From Chrysomallon squamiferum (taxonomy: Eukaryota > Animalia > Mollusca), in assembly GCA_012295275.1 (NCBI GenBank), contig CM022667.1:12214001-12278000 (forward strand): a stretch of DNA of 64,000 nt, read 5' to 3'. The notes beneath the pieces were generated by a model, which saw nothing but the letters and a program-made list of their open reading frames with translations, did not search any database and had not been told where the DNA came from. Made by a program: the position numbers and the translations under genes. Positions 56,903-64,000 of this stretch are shown here, in pieces. Position 1 is the first letter of the stretch. Each line of letters opens with the position of its first letter.

Positions 56903-57812
56903 TTTGTTTGTTTGTTTATTTGTTTGTTTATCTATTTAATTATTTCACCACATAATTTTCAGAACAGATATACAGCATATACATTTTAATTAAAGAAAAT
57001 ATAAAAATAAATTGATATGTTAAAAGAAAGACCTCTCCTGTATATTGTCATAGTTAATTAATTTTATTATTTGATTAGATATAAATATACTCCACAGTCG
57101 ATTAAATAATATCATATAGTTCATTTTAATTAAATTAATATAAATAATATATTTGACTAATACTGCTTTAAAATTGTTACAAATTATTACAAACTAGTAT
57201 TAAGACTGCTTGATGAAATATTATTTCTCCAGTAGAATATTTTAAATATTTCAGATTACTGTTATGTTATCTTATTATTATGCATTATAATTTAAAAAAA
57301 AATATATTACGAACTATTAATATAGATTATATTATTAACATTCATTCATATTTTAATCCTTGTTATTGTGTAACATATCATAACTGTGTAAGTAATTTAA
57401 TTTGATGTATATTTTATTTATTTATCTACACAATAACCGATCCATTATTATAACATATATTTCTAGTTTCTTCAGTTATAATCTTCGTCTGAAAGATTTA
57501 AAACTGCGAATTAAATAAAAATATTTGTTATCCTAATTTATGTATATAAGAATATAAGTTTGTAAAATAAACGTTAATATATTGCCACACCGTAAATAAA
57601 AATATTAAATCTAAATGTGTCACTTATTTCATTCATAATATTTTAATTTTAACTAATATTAATATCTTGTATTTTCTGTATGTAAAATGGATATAAACGA
57701 TTCTCATATTTTACTCTCCAGTTAAAATGTCTTTGATAATTATTTTGTGTTAAGCAGTGAAATAATAATTTAGCTTATTTTTAACAACAGGTTTTATCTG
57801 GACATTTGTTAA

Positions 57813-57866
<54 letters not shown>

Positions 57867-58997
57867 TGATGATGATGATGATGATGATGCAACAACAGCA
57901 ATAACATCAAACAATAATAATAATAATAATAATGAAAACAACAACAACAGCAAAACAAAAACAATCATAACAACAACAACAGCAGCAGCAAGAACAACAA
58001 CAACAAAAACATTGGTAATAACAATAACAATAACAACAACAACAACAACAACAATAATAATAATAATCATAATAATAATGATAATAAATCTGAAAACATA
58101 ACCATTAAACAAAATAATGCAAAAAAAAAATAATTAATAGGAAATATCAAAAATACAATAAATAAATAAATAGATTAATTAAGTGCAATATAAAAAATAA
58201 GTATATTAAAAGTTATTAACGAAATATATTTCTACTATTAATTTTTGTACGTTCAGACAAAATAATTGAAACTATTTAATCTCATCAAGTACAGAGAACC
58301 AAAAAAAACCAAAAACAGATAACGGTGAAATGAAAAGGTGATTTAAAGAAAAACAATAAAATTAAAAATAGATAAAATAAATAATAAATATTAATTGACA
58401 TCTGTAATAAATTACATAAAAATTAAGATTTATCGAATCTGGGCAATAAAATTCCGTAATGTATTTCAAAGAACATTAAGAGATAATGAAATAATTTTAA
58501 AAATTTAAAAGCAAATATTAAAACACTAAAATATTTGATTTTAAATGTATAAAATTATTTCTCTTTTACTATTTTTGTTATCAAGAAAAATTATTTGAAC
58601 GAACTAATATAACTAAGAAGTACGTTAAATAATAAATTAAACTAACAGCTGAGAGATTTTTCATCGTAAAAAAAAAAGGAAACAAAAAGAAAAGACTTTA
58701 TGACAAAAAAGTTAAACATATAAAAAAAATTAGACAAAAGATAGAGAAAGCAACATAACAAAAAAGTTTAATACTAACAGCTGGTAAAAAAAAAAAATAA
58801 ATAAAAAAAAGTATTAAATACAATAACCAGTTCTGCTATTATAGTAGTAGTAATAATAATAATAATAATACAACAATAACAACAATAACAACAACAACAA
58901 TAATAATAATAATGACAATAACAACAACAATAATAATAATAATAATAATAATAACAATAACAATAACAATAATAATAATGATGAAAAGGAAGAAGAA

Positions 58998-59052
<55 letters not shown>

Positions 59053-59292
59053 ATATTATTATTATTATTAAAATTATTATTATTTATATTTTTATTTTTA
59101 TTATTTTTATTATTATTATTATTCACAATATTACTACCAATATTACTACAAAAATTACAACCATCGACCTTCAGTAATATTTCACTACAGAAAAGCTAGA
59201 GATCTTGACAAGACCTGGTTAATTCATTCCATTCATTGCCACTGACTTGGTTTAAAACCGCTTTGATAAAATTTACAAAAGAAACACAAGAA

Positions 59293-59332
<40 letters not shown>

Positions 59333-60047
59333 CTTTTTCACCCAGAACGTTAGGAAACGCCGAAAGAAGTGTGAGATATTACAAAAAAAAAAAAAGTCAG
59401 ACACGTTTAAAAAAAAAAAAAAAAAAAAAAAAATGGCGTGAACAAAAGAAGTCATTAACAGGGGCGGGGTCATGTCAGCCTATTCCACTTGGGTGGGGTA
59501 ATATTTACATATCCAGCACTCGTTTCATAACTTCTAAATTAATTCCGTTCACATGAGAGAGTAATAGTTATATCTTCGTAATCTCCCTAGTTTTAAAATC
59601 GTCCAGTTATGAGAATTGAAAAACTCCAAATCCCTTGTGCATTTCTGTTTTTTAATTCTTTTTTTTTTTTTTCTTCTTCTTCTTCTCAAGAACTTCTGAA
59701 AAAAAGAAAAGGAACCATGTTAATTTTCCGTGCAATTAATTACGTTTTGGATTTTCGGATTTTCAAAGAAATTGAGTACTTGTCGTTTCTTTCTTATAAA
59801 ACCCCTAATTTGTTCCGTTCCCTCGGGGTGTTGAATTAAAAATTCATGTGCACAGGGTTGAAAACAGAAGAAAAGGAAATTGTTTTTGTTCTCAATGTTC
59901 TGCTTGTTGTTCTTGTTGTGTTTTCTTTCTTTTTTTTTTTTTTTTTTTATTTTTTTATTGTTTTGGTTCGTTTGTTTATTTGTTTTGTTCGTCAGTAGGA
60001 AAAGAAGTTGAGCATGTTTTACCAGCTATATGTATATTTTACTGAAT

Positions 60048-60099
<52 letters not shown>

Positions 60100-60111
60100 G
60101 AACAAGAAGAA

Positions 60112-60142
<31 letters not shown>

Positions 60143-60241
60143 ACAAGCAAGAAATTAATGAAACCAATATTGTAGAAGAAAGACAACAAAAATTAGAATA
60201 AAGAAATAAGTAAATAAACAAACAAATAAAAGAGCAAGCAA

Positions 60242-60285
<44 letters not shown>

Positions 60286-60301
60286 TAAATAAATGAACAA
60301 A

Positions 60302-60348
<47 letters not shown>

Positions 60349-61568
60349 ACTAAAACACATCATAATAAACAAACAAATAAACGATATCAAATAAAAAAAA
60401 AAATAATAATAAAAAAAAAAAACCTAACCTGTCATAATTTTTCAAAAAAAAAAAAAAAAAAAGCTTTCAGAAATTGACGAGAAATAATGAAGGTGGAAAA
60501 ACACAAAACTAAAATAAGCTAACGAGCCAATTATAAACGGCAAAGCAAAGTACTTCCTGGCTGTGACAAACCAAAGTGATGTATGGACGCGTTGCTCGCT
60601 TTTCGTTTCAAAAGATCCCAATTTGATCTTTAACAAAGTCCGTGATTGATACTTCTATTCCATTGAAACGAACTCGAAGCCGCGGTCGCTTATGAAAGCT
60701 TTCAATATGAATGGCGAGGGGAAAAACACGGCCCAAAGTATTGCCATATAGAAATTATAAAAAGAAAACCGCTTTTGTCAACATGCTTACGGTACTTTTC
60801 AAAACTTAATAACTTGTCATTACGGAAAGAAGTCAATTTCTCGCCGCTATAATATATTTCAATAACGAGTTCTTACAGAAATCAACATGTTTGTAAAGTT
60901 ATTAAACACCCAAACTGCTTATTTCATGCCTCGCTGCAAATATTTTCTTTACGTAGAGAAAAAAAAAAAAGAAAAAAAGTTTCCGTTATAATCGACACCT
61001 TTTATTCGTTAATCTATTAAGTTGAGAATAAAAGACCAGTGGGGGGGGGCAAGGTGTAAAGGTGATTATTTCGGTATACCTGGTCTTTCTGCAGTTCGCT
61101 CATGTAAATGGTGGTGGATAAAAAAAAAAATACACATGAAAAGAACTGCGGCCAGAATCATAAATATTGTTAATAATTGTTATTCTCTAACGGTAATGAA
61201 ACTCACTCGTTAAAAACACAATTTAGCATGACAGACCTTTGTCGGCTTGTGTTAAATTACACGCTTGGTATTAATACGTTTATTGCACGTATTAAATAAA
61301 ACGTTGTTGATATTCACCAAACCACCACAGTTAGTTTTATTAACCTGAAACGCTGGGCTAAACCTCGCCCATAACAGGTGCACAAGGGAAAGACTGTTTT
61401 TTTTTTTTTTTTTTCTCACGTGTTTATTGTTTTATATTTGCATGAATTAAAACGAATAAAAAGGGAGATTATTAGGAAAGGAAAATCACGGTGGTAATAA
61501 AGCTGTGTTTTGATAACAGATAATAAAACTATGTCCCTTTTCTTGAATTACAATATAAAATTTCATTT

Positions 61569-61604
<36 letters not shown>

Positions 61605-62039
61605 TCGTTCTTTCTTACTCTGTTTCTCTGTTTCTTTCTTTCTTTTTATCTTTGCTTTGCTTCTCTCTCGCTGTTTTATCTTTCTACTTTCCATTTTTCT
61701 TTTCCCGTCTGCCTCTCTCATTATCTTTCTTTCTTTCTCTCTCAGTCTCTGTATTTCTTTCTGTCTCTCTCATTCTCTGTTTATTTATCTTTTTTCAATA
61801 ATATCTCTCTTTCTCCCCTCTGCATTTTTATCTCATGTATTATTACTTTGAAAAACGTTTTATGTTTCATTATCTATAATTCCATTCGTTATCGTTACCA
61901 CAGTTCGCTTCAATTTTTAACTAAAGTAAAAAAAAAAAAAGACAGAGAAAAAAAAATGATCTACAGAAACATGCATATTTCGCATAGAACATAATTAAAT
62001 TTCAATCGTGTACAGATGTTTGTTTTTAATGTGAGAACG

Positions 62040-62600
62040 TTTACTTGCAACCGCTGGGAACATCCACTGGTTTTCTCATCTACTTTCGCTTTCGCTTTTA
62101 ACCGCCATCTTCGCGTCGTGTTAATATTTCACACCTGACTTTATAACCCTCGTTTCTCGCTGATTTTTCACTTGATACAGACCACACCTCGCGAAAGTGC
62201 AAAATGTCGCTTCGAAACACGTTTTGCACGTGCGTCCGCCATCTTGCTCTCTCTGCTACGTCGATAACGATACGACGGAATTACTTCCCTTTCCCCTTAA
62301 AAACCTACCGTCCCGTGGAGTGTGGCCGAAATCCACCTGTCCCCCCTCGCGGCGTGGACACCCCACCCACATAGAAATTGTCTCTGGACCCCGCTGTTAA
62401 TTAGCTGGCGTGTCGGAGGAATGCAGCGAGCAGGCGACGAATCGGAAACCCACTTTGCAAGTGTGCGTTTTTAGATCGCATCAAGTGATTCCATGTTTCA
62501 AAGTGATCGTACACATGGCAAGTATAAAAGGAGAAGCGGTTTCTTAGAACGTTACAGACTTTCAAACACGTGACCTTGACCTGTCTCTTTTTTTTTTTTT
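62040..62600 (+). promoter_or_regulatory. candidate Pol II promoter
   Basis: CpG-rich stretch with CCGCCATCTT at 62102 and 62236, CACGTG at 62227 and 62567, TATAAAAG at 62523-62530 in a G-rich context, and TGACCTTGACCT at 62571-62582. Confidence 0.4.
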
Positions 62601-63884
62601 TTTATATTATCGTAACCCCCTTCGCGCTTAACTTTAATACATCAACCAGTATAAGTCAGAAGACTTCAACGCATGTTTGAAATCTCGACCTTTCCCGTGT
62701 TAGCCGAAACAAAAAATTACTCGGAACTCCTACGGATTTGAATGTTTATCGTTGTAGCACGCACAGCACGTGCTTCTATTTTTTTTATAAAACGATTGCG
62801 TATGTTTAAACAATTTTGATTTTAATCCATTTCACGAAGCAGGGAGGAAAAGTTTTGGTGAACGAACGTTAGAGAAAATAATTACGAGTTTAATAATCTG
62901 TTTGAAATTTAAAGCTCTGCATTTAGAACAAGACGGAAGTATTTAAAAATCAAAACCCGTATTAAAAATGGCAAATTTAATTGAAAATGGAACCTTGTAT
63001 CAAAATGATATGATATGATATTATCGTGTGTTTTTTTAATAAGTGCTATAAAATGAAGTTAATGTATTTTAATTTATAGCTGGTATTAAAATAAATGTAA
63101 ACATAAATACACCGACATAATTATATTAGAGTAAATTTACTGCGATTCCTGTATTAAAGTAATGTAAAGGAAAATTATTCATTAAAGAAATTATTCATTA
63201 AAGAACGTACGTAGTTTTGGTCCTATATTAAAATAAAGGTGAATGTACCTGAAATCATATGCTAATGCAGATATTTTTCATATTAAAATCTTGTGTGAAT
63301 GTGTTTTCAGTTGCAGTCTACTTAACCGTATATTAAAATAATTACGAATAATAATTTAAATTATAACCTTGTACTGAAATAGAGTTTATTTAAAACTGAA
63401 ACCTTATATGAAAGTAAATTAACAGGAGAAATGTCCACAATATATTTTAAATTTAATCCGTTGTCAATTTATTATAGTAATGGTATTATTATTATTTTTA
63501 TATAATAGTTATGACTGTCGTAAACATCATAATCATCAGCAGTAATAGAAACAGTAGTGAAAGCAGGATGTAATCCATTATTTAATAATACATAATATAT
63601 ACACAAACACATATATAATTAATATTTCCTTTTAAATATATTCACTCCAAATGTAAAGTCCAAAATGAATATATATATACATCTATACATACATTTATAT
63701 ATATATAAGTGTGTGTGTATATATACATAACAGTAAGAACGATGAAATAAATGTAAATATTTCACTCTAATTATTTTATATTGTTTAAACAAATGGCTCG
63801 CGGTTTTGTTTTTGTTTTTTTTGTTTTTTTGTTCTTGGTTTTTTTTTTTCACCAAACATCCTACGTCCATAACGTCATGAACAC

Positions 63885-63946
63885 CTATGATGTTGTCCAC
63901 AAAAACTATGATGTTGTTCACAAAAACTATGATGTTGTTCACAAAA
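63885..63946 (+). repeat. 21-bp minisatellite x3 (CTATGATGTTGTYCACAAAAA)
   Basis: Units start at 63885, 63906, 63927. Confidence 0.95.
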
Positions 63947-64000
63947 CAAGAACACACAGCTAGAATAGCAAAAGATCGGGAGGCATCGGAATAAATCAGT

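Overview
AT-rich eukaryotic (animal) genomic DNA with no recognisable protein-coding gene, rRNA, tRNA, CRISPR array or autonomous transposon. Nearly all ORFs in the track are translations of microsatellites. The window alternates long simple-repeat tracts ((AAT)n, (TC)n/(GA)n, (TACA)n, (GATA)n, poly-A/T) with about 40 short (0.3-0.9 kb) CpG-retaining unique-sequence islands. These islands are dense in transcription-factor-like motifs: CACGTG E-boxes, TAATTA/TAATCC homeodomain sites, TGACA TALE sites, GATA, forkhead, YY1/Pho and CTCF-like sites. This looks like the cis-regulatory landscape (large intron or gene desert) of a developmental gene lying outside the window, which is an inference. Two decayed SINE-like remnants and a recurrent GGGAGAYAACTC-like motif resemble, from recall only, gastropod/mollusc repeats, so a mollusc origin is tentative. 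The strongest directly visible anomalies are five same-strand CCGCCATCTT motifs confined to the last 15 kb, a perfect 15-bp inverted repeat bracketing a CTCF-like site at 48.4-48.7 kb, a TATA-containing candidate promoter at 62.0-62.6 kb, and several minisatellites. I found no convincing evidence of a new gene-based system. All counts are by eye, and expected values are rough hand estimates assuming about 70% AT.
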